Shown: piece after piece, positions 20,113-30,512 of the stretch
Numbering within the stretch: position 1 is the stretch's first letter
Layout: every line of letters begins with the position of its first letter
Virus record (IMG/VR): IMGVR_UViG_3300032285_003860
Strand: one strand, 5' to 3'
Source of the DNA: a virus
Length of the DNA stretch: 64,000 nucleotides
Made by a program: the position numbers and the translations under genes
Notes under the pieces: generated by a model
Seen by the model: the letters and a program-made list of their open reading frames with translations, nothing else
What the model was told of the DNA's origin: nothing
Databases searched by the model: none

Positions 20113-20526
20113 TCAGAGTGTAATATTAAATCTTTCTAAGAAGAAGGTTGTTGATAATTCTTTAATTTCTTTTGTATAGATAATGACTTGTTGAAATTTA
20201 TTGTCTAACAACCATTGAGACTTTATTTCGTCGTTCTTTATTCCTTTTAAAAAACTGGCTCTAGAATTATTATGAAAATAATGAAAGTCTTCATGCTGTG
20301 GGCCATGAACTTCTATAGCGATTTTTCTTGTAGCATTTAAAATATCAACTTTCAATAAGCTTCCGTAAACAGGAAATTCTTCATATACGATATTATTTTT
20401 CCAATAAGGATATAAAAATTTTTTTACATCAGCTTGAGCAATGGAGCGAGACTTCTTATCCCATTTGATAAGAAATCTCGTTACATTCTTATTAATCAAT
20501 TTACCATTTACGCTTAAAAGTCTCAT
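20113..20526 (-). CDS. DUF559/Vsr-like PD-(D/E)XK endonuclease
   Basis: EEFP..LKVDI..IAIEVHGPQH..ND..K. Confidence 0.7.
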   Translation of the reverse strand: MRLLSVNGKLINKNVTRFLIKWDKKSRSIAQADVKKFLYPYWKNNIVYEEFPVYGSLLKVDILNATRKIAIEVHGPQHEDFHYFHNNSRASFLKGIKNDEIKSQWLLDNKFQQVIIYTKEIKELSTTFFLERFNITL

Positions 20527-21617
20527 GCTTTGTTCAACGCATTTCTAAATTTATTAAAAAGATAATCTCTAATATCAGTATGCTCTTCTAAATATTTTCT
20601 AAGATTGTCTGAGCCTTGATGTTGTTTTTCCATTTCCAATTTATTTTCTTTTAGTTCCGTCAATAGAGAATCAGAAATCGTTACCCATGCACCTTTGGCA
20701 AGCGCAAACTGCCAAGATAAAAGCTGGTCAATAATTTCGTATTCAATCCAGACGCTTTGTCCATCTTTGCGGCCATATTTGATTGGATACTTTACCTCTG
20801 TTCCTGTCTTTTCATTTGGCGTCTTGCGAAACATTATTTTGCACCAATGACCAATGGGTTTCTCTTCCTTATCTTTAATGATATCTTTTTGCCATCTCTG
20901 CTGAAATTCAAGAATCCAATCGCTGTAATGCAAAGCGGCATTTCCTCCTGAAGCATTTGTGACCTTTGGGTCGCCTTTGACATATTGGCTAATCTGAATA
21001 GATGAGCGAACTTGAGAGATTAAGAAGCAGATATGCCCTCTGCTTGAGAACGCTGCCGCCATCTTCCTAAGAAGGTCTGCCGTCAACAATGCTGCACCAG
21101 CAGTTTTATTTGCTTCTGTCGCAGATTTAAGCAAATCATTTCTAGGAACAAGGGCGTCAAGAGAATCAAGGATAAAGAAATAATATTTATCATCATCTTT
21201 ATCTCTAATAAGACCTCTCATTAAGTCGATTACAAATTCGTAATCGTTAGTAGGAATGACTCTCCATTGATTTGGGTCAGTAGAAACCCCAGACCTACTA
21301 ATAATGTCCGCGCTTAGTCTTCCTTCTGATTTGATATAAATTACTTGACCTTTCTTTGGATGAAGCTTTTGAAAACTTGCTGCAAAAGCCATTGCATTGC
21401 TTGTTTTTCCACCCTCGGTGATTCCACTAGAGCGCACAATTCCTGGGCGAATTCCTCCACCCATCTCAATATCTAAATTGAGACTGCCGCTGCTAACGAC
21501 ATAATCTACTGCTTCGTCAAAAGCATAATGATATTCAGAATTGTCCTTAAGATATTTGTCTAGGACAGTCATTTGCTTATTATCTGGTTCTTCTTTTTGT
21601 TCTTTGATTTTTGCCAT
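20523..21617 (-). CDS. recA: RecA/UvsX recombinase
   Basis: SSGSLNLDI..GGG, GITEGGKTS, ILDSLDAL, ISQVR, SGGNAALHYS. Confidence 0.9.
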   Translation of the reverse strand: MAKIKEQKEEPDNKQMTVLDKYLKDNSEYHYAFDEAVDYVVSSGSLNLDIEMGGGIRPGIVRSSGITEGGKTSNAMAFAASFQKLHPKKGQVIYIKSEGRLSADIISRSGVSTDPNQWRVIPTNDYEFVIDLMRGLIRDKDDDKYYFFILDSLDALVPRNDLLKSATEANKTAGAALLTADLLRKMAAAFSSRGHICFLISQVRSSIQISQYVKGDPKVTNASGGNAALHYSDWILEFQQRWQKDIIKDKEEKPIGHWCKIMFRKTPNEKTGTEVKYPIKYGRKDGQSVWIEYEIIDQLLSWQFALAKGAWVTISDSLLTELKENKLEMEKQHQGSDNLRKYLEEHTDIRDYLFNKFRNALNKA

Positions 21618-21621
21618 AATG

Positions 21622-22011
21622 TTATTTATATAAATTTAAAAAGTCTTTTAGGGATTTGGGTTGTTTTTTAAAAACAGTGTCTTCTCCTATTTTATTTTGA
21701 GACAGCATTATTTCCTGATGTTTAGGAGAAAAATCGGAAATAGATTTTTTATAATTAAAAAACTGCTCTTGCAAATATTGCTGCCCATAATCCGCAATAA
21801 AATAAGCAAGAGATGGTACTTTTTTATTATACGGAGGAATAACCCAAAGAAGAAAATCTGGATTATACTTTGCGCAAAGAGTATTTGCAATCTTCATTTC
21901 CCTTGGCCAGAAATACTTTTCAGAGAAACTGGCTGGATCAATGAATTTAGAAATAATTTTATGCTGAATCTTCGGCTCTTTTTTAAGAGGTTTTTCTTGA
22001 ATTAATTTCAT
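21622..22011 (-). CDS. Hypothetical protein
   Basis: 129-aa ORF co-oriented between gmd and recA. Confidence 0.55.
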   Translation of the reverse strand: MKLIQEKPLKKEPKIQHKIISKFIDPASFSEKYFWPREMKIANTLCAKYNPDFLLWVIPPYNKKVPSLAYFIADYGQQYLQEQFFNYKKSISDFSPKHQEIMLSQNKIGEDTVFKKQPKSLKDFLNLYK

Positions 22012-23056
22012 TTACATCTGATAGTACCATACGTTCTACCAGTTTGTCAAATGAAATTTTCGGGGTCCAGCCGAGTTCAGTTCTTGCAAGCGTTGAATCC
22101 CCCAAAAGAATATCAACTTCCGCAGGGCGATAAAATTTTGGATTAATTTTGACCAAAACAGAGCCTTTGACATTCAAATCTTCCGCCAATTTATTTGTGA
22201 TTGAATATTCTTCGCTCAAACCCTTTCCGTGCCATGCTCCATCAATTCCAGCAACTTTAAATGCTTTTTCAATAAATTCTCTAATGGAATGCGTTTCGTT
22301 AGAAGAGAGAATATATTCCTTTGGCTTTTCTTGATTCATCATTAGCCATACGCCTTCAATAAAGTCTTGTGCATGAGACCAATCGCGTTTTGCATCAATA
22401 TTTCCAAGTTCAAGCGGGGCGAATTCTTGATTATTTTCTATTGCGTTTTTAATTCTTGCTACATTGGTCGTGATTTTTCTTGTAACAAACTCAATGCCGC
22501 GTCTTTCGCTTTCATGATTGTATAAAATACAATGAACAGCATATAAATTATAAGAATCTCTATAAACTTTGGTTAAATGTCTTGCCGCAGCTTTTGCTGC
22601 TCCATACGGGCTTCTTGGACGAATTGGATGGTTGAGGTCTTGAGGGGTATAAATTACATCCCCCATCTCTTCAGAGCTTCCTGCGCTGTAAAAACGACAA
22701 TGTGGTGCAAATTTTCGGATAGCTTCAAGGCATCGAAGCACTCCCATTGCTCCCGCATCAAAAGTCTGCTCTGGGATTTGCCAACTGATACCTACAAAAG
22801 ATTGAGAAGCGAAATTAATAAAATAATCTGGATTAACTTCTCTAACAACGTTTTCTATTGATTGAGAATCACACAAATCTCCTGTGACCAATTGGAATCG
22901 GGGATTTTTTAATGCATTTTCAATATTTGAATAGTCTGGTTTAGCAGATCTTCTAACCATCCCATAAATTTGATGATTAGTATGTTCAAGCAGATAGTCT
23001 ACCATATAAGACCCATCTTGACCAGTCACGCCCGAAACTATAATTTTCTTATTCAT
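21983..23056 (-). CDS. gmd: GDP-mannose 4,6-dehydratase
   Basis: GVTGQDGSY, SQSFV, PRSPYGAAK, NHESERRG..FVTRKI, RDWSHA, RPAEVD. Confidence 0.95.
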   Translation of the reverse strand: MNKKIIVSGVTGQDGSYMVDYLLEHTNHQIYGMVRRSAKPDYSNIENALKNPRFQLVTGDLCDSQSIENVVREVNPDYFINFASQSFVGISWQIPEQTFDAGAMGVLRCLEAIRKFAPHCRFYSAGSSEEMGDVIYTPQDLNHPIRPRSPYGAAKAAARHLTKVYRDSYNLYAVHCILYNHESERRGIEFVTRKITTNVARIKNAIENNQEFAPLELGNIDAKRDWSHAQDFIEGVWLMMNQEKPKEYILSSNETHSIREFIEKAFKVAGIDGAWHGKGLSEEYSITNKLAEDLNVKGSVLVKINPKFYRPAEVDILLGDSTLARTELGWTPKISFDKLVERMVLSDVNEINSRKTS

Positions 23057-23859
23057 AGTTCATTATAAATCTGCTTGATACCATTTGTCAAGTTTATTTT
23101 GGGATTCCAAAGATTTAAAATATATTTATCTGGTTCATTTTTCTTATTCATTTGGATATCGTATGAATCTCCAATAGAAATTGAGGCACCAGACATAGAA
23201 GAAATTATTTTGGCTATGTCAATAATCTTTGTCCATTCAAAGTTTGTAATGTGAAGATTTTCATTTCTGGAAATTTCTTGATATTTATTCATTAAAATCT
23301 CAAGACATTCAGAACAGTCATCTGCGTGCAAAAATTGCCTCTCTTCTTCTCCAGAAGTTTTTATGGCAATGTGGCCTTTGCTTTTTGCTGCTTTGATAAA
23401 ATCAGTGATTACATGAAACTTCTTTTCGTCTGTTTCTAGCCCATAAACATTCCAAAATTTAACAAGCAATCCGCCAAGATTTTGAGTGTACTTCTCTCCT
23501 ATAGACTTCAATAATCCATAATTTGAATAACTCATATTTGCCATTTGACTTGAAGCAAACAAAAATGGGGTTTTGTATTTTTCTAAAGACTCAAACGTAT
23601 AAAGCATAAGCTTCATATTGTTATCCATAAATTCTTTGGTATCTTGATACTTCTTCAAATATGTTGAGCCTCCCACATCAAACGCTAAAAAGAATACAAA
23701 ATCTATTGATGGCAAAATAGTATTTAAAATGTCTTTTTGTCGCAAGTCTTGTTCTGGATTTTTTTCTATATCAAATTCCTTAACATTATGATTTTTGCTG
23801 AGATGGTTTTTTAATGCTGCGCCAATTTGACCTTGAGAACCTAGTATTAAAATGTTCAT
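23053..23859 (-). CDS. NAD-dependent epimerase/dehydratase
   Basis: GSQGQIG Rossmann motif, YGLLK, NVYG, RQFLHADD. Confidence 0.85.
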   Translation of the reverse strand: MNILILGSQGQIGAALKNHLSKNHNVKEFDIEKNPEQDLRQKDILNTILPSIDFVFFLAFDVGGSTYLKKYQDTKEFMDNNMKLMLYTFESLEKYKTPFLFASSQMANMSYSNYGLLKSIGEKYTQNLGGLLVKFWNVYGLETDEKKFHVITDFIKAAKSKGHIAIKTSGEEERQFLHADDCSECLEILMNKYQEISRNENLHITNFEWTKIIDIAKIISSMSGASISIGDSYDIQMNKKNEPDKYILNLWNPKINLTNGIKQIYNEL

Positions 23860-24686
23860 ATATGTTTTAAAAAGCAATTTTCATATAACCATTTGTCTGG
23901 TGAAGCAAATTTCTGAAATTTATTAAAATTTTCTTCAATTACTTGCTTTTTGTTATTATAGTCTTCTACGCTAATTTTTGCCAGTATCTGTTTCAGGTCT
24001 TCTATTGTTTCCCAAGTATAAAATCCATCTTTATTAAAATGATTTGACATATTTGGGTCTCCCCAATAAATAGGAATACATCCCGAAGCAAAACAATCAA
24101 TAATTTTATCTGTAAAATAATTGGGAAATCTACAGTTTTCCGCAACTATCATATACATATAGTCTTTAAATGGCGCCACTCTTCCATCTGGCTCATCGCT
24201 AAACCATTTATAACCACTTCCCCAAAGTTCAAGTTCGGGGTGCAAATTCATGGATATCAATTTGTGGCGAAGCTGATGTCCTGGAGCATAATTTTTATTT
24301 GATGCAACAATTGATAATAATTTGTTCTTGGGATAGATTTTGCAATTTTGCTTTGGTATCCAACAAGCCCCACCGCAATAAGCTTGTTTATATTTTGGAT
24401 TATTTGGGATTGGAGCGTAAGTATAAATATAATCAAATTTATGTTCTATTTGATGAATATGATTGATTACATACGGTTTTATTATTGGACTTTCTGCTGC
24501 TAGTGCAATTTTGTATTTTGATTTAACTTTGTCTACAATTGGGTCAAAACACATTTCATCTGTAAATAAAGATATGCCGTCAAATTCCATTAGCGGGGGC
24601 TTGATATATTCTACCAAAGGCTCTGGCCAATGCATGTTAATATAAGGTCCATCTCCAGTATTCTTGTCAAAAAAATTAATTTTCAT
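23856..24686 (-). CDS. GT10 (alpha-1,3/4-fucosyltransferase-like) glycosyltransferase
   Basis: YMYMIVAEN...YFTDKIIDCFASGCIPIYWG motif. Confidence 0.8.
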   Translation of the reverse strand: MKINFFDKNTGDGPYINMHWPEPLVEYIKPPLMEFDGISLFTDEMCFDPIVDKVKSKYKIALAAESPIIKPYVINHIHQIEHKFDYIYTYAPIPNNPKYKQAYCGGACWIPKQNCKIYPKNKLLSIVASNKNYAPGHQLRHKLISMNLHPELELWGSGYKWFSDEPDGRVAPFKDYMYMIVAENCRFPNYFTDKIIDCFASGCIPIYWGDPNMSNHFNKDGFYTWETIEDLKQILAKISVEDYNNKKQVIEENFNKFQKFASPDKWLYENCFLKHI

Positions 24687-25399
24687 ATATTTTTTTTGTG
24701 TTCGTCTATCTTTTTCTCCAATTCTGCTTCTGTATAGTCTTGAAAATGCTGAAAACCTCGTGGGGACATTTGGCGACCCAGATAATTAATTATTGCTTCT
24801 GGATTATTTGAAATATCATGGATATGAGAATATACGCATTCGTTTGCTTTGGCCGTTATATATCCTTTTGTTGCGGCTCTGTATGCAAGCTCTCTTTCGC
24901 AGCCAAGTGGGGAAGCAATTTCATCATAAACATAATCTCCGCAATCTTTTATCATTTTAGATTTTAAACCCAAAACAAATCCCTGCGGTATTGATACTAT
25001 GTCGTTTGGTTTTCCTCCCATTCCCACGCATGAAATTCCTATATTATCTGGGATAAGTGTCTCAACTAAAGACTTATATGTCGCTGGATGAACTGCACAA
25101 TCATCACTCAACATTATTAAATATTTTGACCAAGAAATTTTGTATGCTAGATTTATAGCTTTTGCAAATCCCATATTTTGACTGGAAAAAATAAATCTTG
25201 TTATTCTTGGCTCATTTTTTGCATATTCTAATATTTTCCAACTTTCTTCTGAGTAAAAATTTATAATTAAAATAAATTCATCAGGTGGGAATCCGCTATA
25301 TGCTTCCTCGACTCTTTTTTTGATATTATCTAAAGATTTATAGCCTATCGTTAATATTGCATAATTATTTTTATTATCCATAGAGTTCCTTATAGTCAT
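24683..25399 (-). CDS. GT2-like glycosyltransferase
   Basis: NMGFAKAINLA..YLIMLSDD. Confidence 0.65.
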   Translation of the reverse strand: MTIRNSMDNKNNYAILTIGYKSLDNIKKRVEEAYSGFPPDEFILIINFYSEESWKILEYAKNEPRITRFIFSSQNMGFAKAINLAYKISWSKYLIMLSDDCAVHPATYKSLVETLIPDNIGISCVGMGGKPNDIVSIPQGFVLGLKSKMIKDCGDYVYDEIASPLGCERELAYRAATKGYITAKANECVYSHIHDISNNPEAIINYLGRQMSPRGFQHFQDYTEAELEKKIDEHKKNI

Positions 25400-26066
25400 T
25401 TTCTATTGTTTGGAATTTATTTCCATTTCCATACTTGCATGGACCGGCATAATGAATAAAATTGGAGTTATATCTATTATTCTGTTCGTCAAATTCTCCC
25501 AAATCCATTCTGTTGAAGCTATGAGATAAAGATTTAAATGGAATTTTGTTCTTGGCTACAGCAAAATTTAAAGCAGTTTGCTCTCCTCCGTCAATGCTAA
25601 AGCATTTTTGTGTAAATTGAATTTTTGAAATCAAAGAAAATAGATTAACGTGAGGCTTTGAATATAAAACGCACCCAGAATTAAAATACATTTTTCTGTT
25701 ATCTATCAACGGCCATTCAAAATCTGGACTATAAGTATCAATCCAGGAGTCCCTTTTCATATGTTCTGCATCGCCGTTTTCATTGAATGCGTATAAATAA
25801 TTTTCGTCTGGATATTCTTCAAATATATTTTTTGCAGAAGGGGTAACTAATACGTCTGCATCTAAACATAATACTCTATCATATTCTTCCAAGAGTTCCA
25901 AACATTGAAATTTTTCAAAATAGTGATTTATAAAATTATATTTTTGCCCATTGCACAAAAAGAAAGACAATTGATATTTTTCTGCGTATTTTGCTATAGA
26001 ATTTAAACAAAATTTATATCTGGAAGGATCTCCAAGAGCCAAGCTGAATATTGCTAATTTTTTCAT
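25374..26066 (-). CDS. GT-A glycosyltransferase (GT8/GT34-like)
   Basis: YDRVLCLDADV, YFNSG, EQTALN, FIHYAG. Confidence 0.75.
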   Translation of the reverse strand: MKKLAIFSLALGDPSRYKFCLNSIAKYAEKYQLSFFLCNGQKYNFINHYFEKFQCLELLEEYDRVLCLDADVLVTPSAKNIFEEYPDENYLYAFNENGDAEHMKRDSWIDTYSPDFEWPLIDNRKMYFNSGCVLYSKPHVNLFSLISKIQFTQKCFSIDGGEQTALNFAVAKNKIPFKSLSHSFNRMDLGEFDEQNNRYNSNFIHYAGPCKYGNGNKFQTIENDYKELYG

Positions 26067-27054
26067 TATTTATAACTTCTTTTATTATATATTCTGCGAG
26101 TAATTTCGGAGATAAATTCTCGCATTCTCTTTTGCATGATTGAGATAAATTTTCTCCACCAAAAGCTTCTAAAAAATATGATGGACATTTCTTTCTGCAT
26201 TCTAAATGCAAATGACTTGGAAAAAATGAATTTCCAAGTTTAAAAAATTCTACTTTATTAATTAAACACGCTTGAAACAAAACAATGGGCTTATTTCTTA
26301 TATTAAATGCATGATGTACTCCGCCATCACTCATTATTCCATAATCCATAAAATCTACATTCCTTATTAAATTAAAAATGTCTCCTGTGTCTGGGCAATG
26401 CTCGTCTCCAATTCCAAAATTTTCTTGAGAAAACTCAAATATTTTTATTCTAGGATTGGAATATTTTAATGTTTTTACTAGCTCTTTCCATGATTCTAGC
26501 CCTTTCATACCATTAAATCTAAACCCTTTTCCATCGCAATGGGGGTGAGGCGTTGTTTTGCCTGAAAGTTTTGTGGTGGGAACAATTCCTATGTTAATAA
26601 AATTAGTATTATTTTCGTATTTTGGCACATTTATTTCTGATAAAAAGCTTTGTTTTTTATCAAAAAGTAGGTTTTCTAGCCCTAATTGAAGTAGGTAATT
26701 CAATGTGATTATATTTGCTGTTGGATGGTTTTCTAAAAGTTCAGCATTATCTTTCCAGAATGTAAACGTCTTTGGGTGCCAATCTGGATAAATTACCTTT
26801 ATATTTTCTATTTTCTCATCCGAAAGGGCGTATTGATGATAATTAACGTATATTTCTTGCTGATTTGGTTCTCTAACCAAGTCTACGTTTTTATCCAATT
26901 TAAATATATCTATAAGAAATCCATAAGTGATTACTTCTAGGGTGCAATCTGGATATACTGATTTTAAAATCTTGGGAACAAAAGTAAAAATTAAACTATC
27001 CCCAAGGTTTTTTGGAAATATCCATCTTGGAAAATATAATCGAATATTTTTCAT
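26014..27054 (-). CDS. GT9 (heptosyltransferase-like) glycosyltransferase
   Basis: LGDSLIFT..LKSVYP, SDGGVHHA; likely start ATG at 27054. Confidence 0.65.
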   Translation of the reverse strand: MKNIRLYFPRWIFPKNLGDSLIFTFVPKILKSVYPDCTLEVITYGFLIDIFKLDKNVDLVREPNQQEIYVNYHQYALSDEKIENIKVIYPDWHPKTFTFWKDNAELLENHPTANIITLNYLLQLGLENLLFDKKQSFLSEINVPKYENNTNFINIGIVPTTKLSGKTTPHPHCDGKGFRFNGMKGLESWKELVKTLKYSNPRIKIFEFSQENFGIGDEHCPDTGDIFNLIRNVDFMDYGIMSDGGVHHAFNIRNKPIVLFQACLINKVEFFKLGNSFFPSHLHLECRKKCPSYFLEAFGGENLSQSCKRECENLSPKLLAEYIIKEVINNEKISNIQLGSWRSFQI

Positions 27055-27869
27055 TCTATTAACTCTTTTATTCCATTTTTTATATCTATTTTTTGCACAA
27101 AACCCATCTTTTTTATCTTTTCGCAATCTAAAACCATATCTTTTGTCTGTACTATTTTATGGAAATTTGACGCTTCTATAGGAGTAATTTTACTCGTAGA
27201 CCCTGTTTCTTTTATTATAAAGTCAATAATTTCTCTAAAGTTTTGTGGAATTCCGCTCCCTATATTTATTATCTGATTGTGGTCTGAATTATTAATACAT
27301 AAATTGATTGCATTGCATACATCAGAGACATGCATATAATCTCTTACAAATTGGCCATCATTATATAATTCTATATCTTCTTTATTTTTTATTTTTTTGA
27401 CAAGATACTGTAACGCATTTTTTTGTTTAGATATTCCTTTGTCATTCTTACCGTAAACATTACATAGTCGAAGTATTCTATATTTTATATTAAACGTTGC
27501 GCAATAGCTTATAATTAAATCTTCTGCGCATTTTTTTGTTATACTATAAAAACCTTTTGGATTACAGCAAAAATCTTCCTTCGCTGGTAAATCAACATTT
27601 CCATAAACAAACCAGCTGCTTATAAAATTAAAAGTAATATCTTTGTCTTTGCAGTGACTTAATACTTTTAATAATTTAATTAAATTTGTATTTACATCTT
27701 TGTAGATATCATCGAATACATGATAATTATGAGTGGTGCTAATCATGTATAGCACATCTTTAAATAAGGGAATATCGCCTGCCCTGTTGTGTATATGGGT
27801 AGACTCAGGGTACAGATTATAATAATTGCTACCTATAAATCCTGTGCCGCCAAACAAGTCAACTTTCAT
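27051..27869 (-). CDS. NAD-dependent epimerase/dehydratase
   Basis: GGTGFIG, SSWFVYG, YSITK, RLCNVYG, RDYMHVSD. Confidence 0.88.
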   Translation of the reverse strand: MKVDLFGGTGFIGSNYYNLYPESTHIHNRAGDIPLFKDVLYMISTTHNYHVFDDIYKDVNTNLIKLLKVLSHCKDKDITFNFISSWFVYGNVDLPAKEDFCCNPKGFYSITKKCAEDLIISYCATFNIKYRILRLCNVYGKNDKGISKQKNALQYLVKKIKNKEDIELYNDGQFVRDYMHVSDVCNAINLCINNSDHNQIINIGSGIPQNFREIIDFIIKETGSTSKITPIEASNFHKIVQTKDMVLDCEKIKKMGFVQKIDIKNGIKELIE

Positions 27870-29160
27870 ATTTCGACAAAACTTCTTGAATATATTCTAT
27901 ATTTTCTTTTGATATTGTTGGGGAGCATCCGACAAAGAATACTAAATCCAGAACTTTATTCGATTCTGGATATTTTTTATAATCATCAAGGTGTTTATAG
28001 CCTTTATGCATTAGGAGATTGCCTGCAAAATAATTACGGGTCTGTATACCATTTTTCTCTAAATAATTAACTAGATTGAGCTTTTGAGTCTTATTGTTGC
28101 AAATGATAGGTACTCCAAATGGAACCCAATCTGTATCACTCAAGCATTTTGGAAATCTTATGTCTTTGACGTTGTCTTTGAACACTTTCCATATTTCTAA
28201 TAAATTATCTGCTCTTTTTTCGCAAATAAAGTCAAGCTTCTTTAACTGTTCTATTCCTATTGCCCCTTGCAAGTCTAAAGGTTTTAGATTGTATCCAATT
28301 CTATTGAATACATATTTATGGTCAATTATTGTGTCTGGAAAGTCACTTAGCCAGTTTGAAAATCTCTTTCCACAAGAGCCATTGGCTAAAAGATTACATG
28401 TTCCTACGCACCAGCAATCTCTTCCCCAAGTTCCATAGCTTCTGGCTAATTGAACAATTTGCTCTATGTCAGAAGATACCATTCCGCCTTCTAAAGTGGT
28501 TATTTCATGCGCTGGATAGAAAGAACATGATGAAGCTATAGCATATTCATTTAAATATTTGCCTTTCCATTTTGACCCAAGAGAATCGCAATTATCTAGC
28601 AAAAGAGTGATGTCTCCCATTTCGCATATATTTAATAAAACATCCATGTCTGGTGGATTACCCAATACAGGACTTAAAAATATTGCTTTTGTATTTTTGG
28701 TAATTTTGTTTTTTAATTTGTCAAGATCAAAGTTTAAAGTATCCCATTCAATATCTATAAATACTGGTTTCAGTCCATTTTGAACTATTGAAGATACTGT
28801 CGTTGGGAATCCCACCGCAGAAACAATAATTTCATCTCCGTCTTGCCATTTAAAATATTCTTTGCAAGCGGCAATTAAAAGTAAATTTGCTGAACTCCCG
28901 CTATTGGTAAAAAATGAGAACTTTTGATTTGTCTTTTTTCCAAATTCTTTTTCAAATTGGGCGCATGTTTCTCCAGAGCTTGACCATTTTCCAAATAACA
29001 AAGCTTCGATTGCTGCCGCCATTTCATTCTCATCAAAAAATGCTCCTGAATAATAAACTTTATTCTTTGGAGCATTCAGATTATGGCAAAACTTTGGAAG
29101 ATTTCCATGTTCTTCCTGTAGTTTTAATATGAAATTTTTTATGACTTCTCTTTTATCCAT
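27859..29160 (-). CDS. rfbH: RfbH/DdhC-type NDP-4-keto-6-deoxyhexose 3-dehydratase (PMP/[2Fe-2S])
   Basis: NSGSSANL, SFYPAH with His replacing the DegT Lys, GRDCWC...C..CGKRF Fe-S cysteines, TRNYFAGN. Confidence 0.85.
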   Translation of the reverse strand: MDKREVIKNFILKLQEEHGNLPKFCHNLNAPKNKVYYSGAFFDENEMAAAIEALLFGKWSSSGETCAQFEKEFGKKTNQKFSFFTNSGSSANLLLIAACKEYFKWQDGDEIIVSAVGFPTTVSSIVQNGLKPVFIDIEWDTLNFDLDKLKNKITKNTKAIFLSPVLGNPPDMDVLLNICEMGDITLLLDNCDSLGSKWKGKYLNEYAIASSCSFYPAHEITTLEGGMVSSDIEQIVQLARSYGTWGRDCWCVGTCNLLANGSCGKRFSNWLSDFPDTIIDHKYVFNRIGYNLKPLDLQGAIGIEQLKKLDFICEKRADNLLEIWKVFKDNVKDIRFPKCLSDTDWVPFGVPIICNNKTQKLNLVNYLEKNGIQTRNYFAGNLLMHKGYKHLDDYKKYPESNKVLDLVFFVGCSPTISKENIEYIQEVLSKYES

Positions 29161-29174
29161 AATTTATTATTGTT

Positions 29175-29900
29175 TTATCTATTAAATCCAATTTTATCGT
29201 GATTAACAAGGAATTTTAGATATATTTTTTCTGCCCCTTTGTTTATTTTCTCTGAATATTCTGGACTTCTGTTCTCATAATCATAAGTATAATTAACCAA
29301 AAGCTTTGGAATATTATAAAATTGATAATGTTTCACTGCTCTGCTAAATAAATCATAATCTTCGCTAACACAAGAATCGTCATATCCCCCGCATTTAGTC
29401 AATATTCTTTTGTTAAAAATTAAAGATGGGTGAGCCATTGGGTTGTTTCCAATATGATAACTGTGAAGAATTTGTTCGTGTGTTTCTGGATAAAAAACTT
29501 CTTTGACCCCATCTTTTGTATGAAAGAACATGCCTGTTCCGCAAACATCAATTTTATTTTCAATGACGAATGGCAGTTGAATTTCTATCTTATTTAATAG
29601 CCATTCATCATCACAGTCAAGAATTGAAAAATAATCACAATCAGTGATTTTCATTGCTGTAAAAAGACTAGTATTTCTTCCTGCCACTAATCCTTTTTCT
29701 GGGCTTTTTGCATAAATTATATTTTCATACTCCGATACAACTTCTAAAAGGTTGTCTGTCGAGGCGAGATCATTTACTATAACTATTTTATAATCAAACA
29801 TACCCTTTTTAAAGGCTGTTTGATTAACTATAGAATCAAGAGCTTTTTTTATTATTCCTGCTCCGTTTTTCACCGTCATTAAGATTGCAATTGTTTCCAT
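29175..29900 (-). CDS. GT2 glycosyltransferase
   Basis: ILMTVKN, NDLASTD, GLVAGRN, LDCDD, EDYDL. Confidence 0.85.
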   Translation of the reverse strand: METIAILMTVKNGAGIIKKALDSIVNQTAFKKGMFDYKIVIVNDLASTDNLLEVVSEYENIIYAKSPEKGLVAGRNTSLFTAMKITDCDYFSILDCDDEWLLNKIEIQLPFVIENKIDVCGTGMFFHTKDGVKEVFYPETHEQILHSYHIGNNPMAHPSLIFNKRILTKCGGYDDSCVSEDYDLFSRAVKHYQFYNIPKLLVNYTYDYENRSPEYSEKINKGAEKIYLKFLVNHDKIGFNR

Positions 29901-29903
29901 TTT

Positions 29904-30512
29904 TTATAATAGTTCGTCTAATTTAAAGTCTTTTCTTTTAAAAATCGCGCAAAACACTCCTTCGCTATCGTAAATGTTATGAAGATTTAAATAACAAAAA
30001 AAGTCAAAATTGTTCTTGGAAAAAGTCTTTACCCACGTTTTTTTACATTTCCTATTTATGTGCGTTGGATCTTTTTCTGAGATTTCCAATACAAATTTTG
30101 CGTTATCTTCAAGCGGGACAGGTATTCTTACGAGAACAAAATTAGATTTTAAATTGGTTAAAATTTCATCGACTTCCTTCTCTGGAATATGCTCTAAAAC
30201 ATCTAAAAAGAAAACAAGATTTTGCTGAGGTATATTTTTTGGGTCAAAAACAGTAAAACCCTTTGATTCTGTGACTGACCTTGCCCAATTTGATATTTCT
30301 ACTCCATGGATTTTATTATAACCAATCTGTTTAAATCCCTGCATTAAAAAACCGACGGCACAACCATAATCAAGAATTGGTTGATTTTTAAAATCAAGAC
30401 CCATGCTATCAAAAAAAGAATCTATTTCTCTTGCAAGCTTGGCATATCTTTGGCCTCTAGAAAGATAATTTTTATAATTATTTGTCTCGTAGTATTCTTT
30501 TTCAAAGTTCAT
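29904..30512 (-). CDS. Class I SAM-dependent methyltransferase
   Basis: ILDYGCAVG, GVEIS, DVLEH, DPTHI. Confidence 0.85.
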   Translation of the reverse strand: MNFEKEYYETNNYKNYLSRGQRYAKLAREIDSFFDSMGLDFKNQPILDYGCAVGFLMQGFKQIGYNKIHGVEISNWARSVTESKGFTVFDPKNIPQQNLVFFLDVLEHIPEKEVDEILTNLKSNFVLVRIPVPLEDNAKFVLEISEKDPTHINRKCKKTWVKTFSKNNFDFFCYLNLHNIYDSEGVFCAIFKRKDFKLDELL

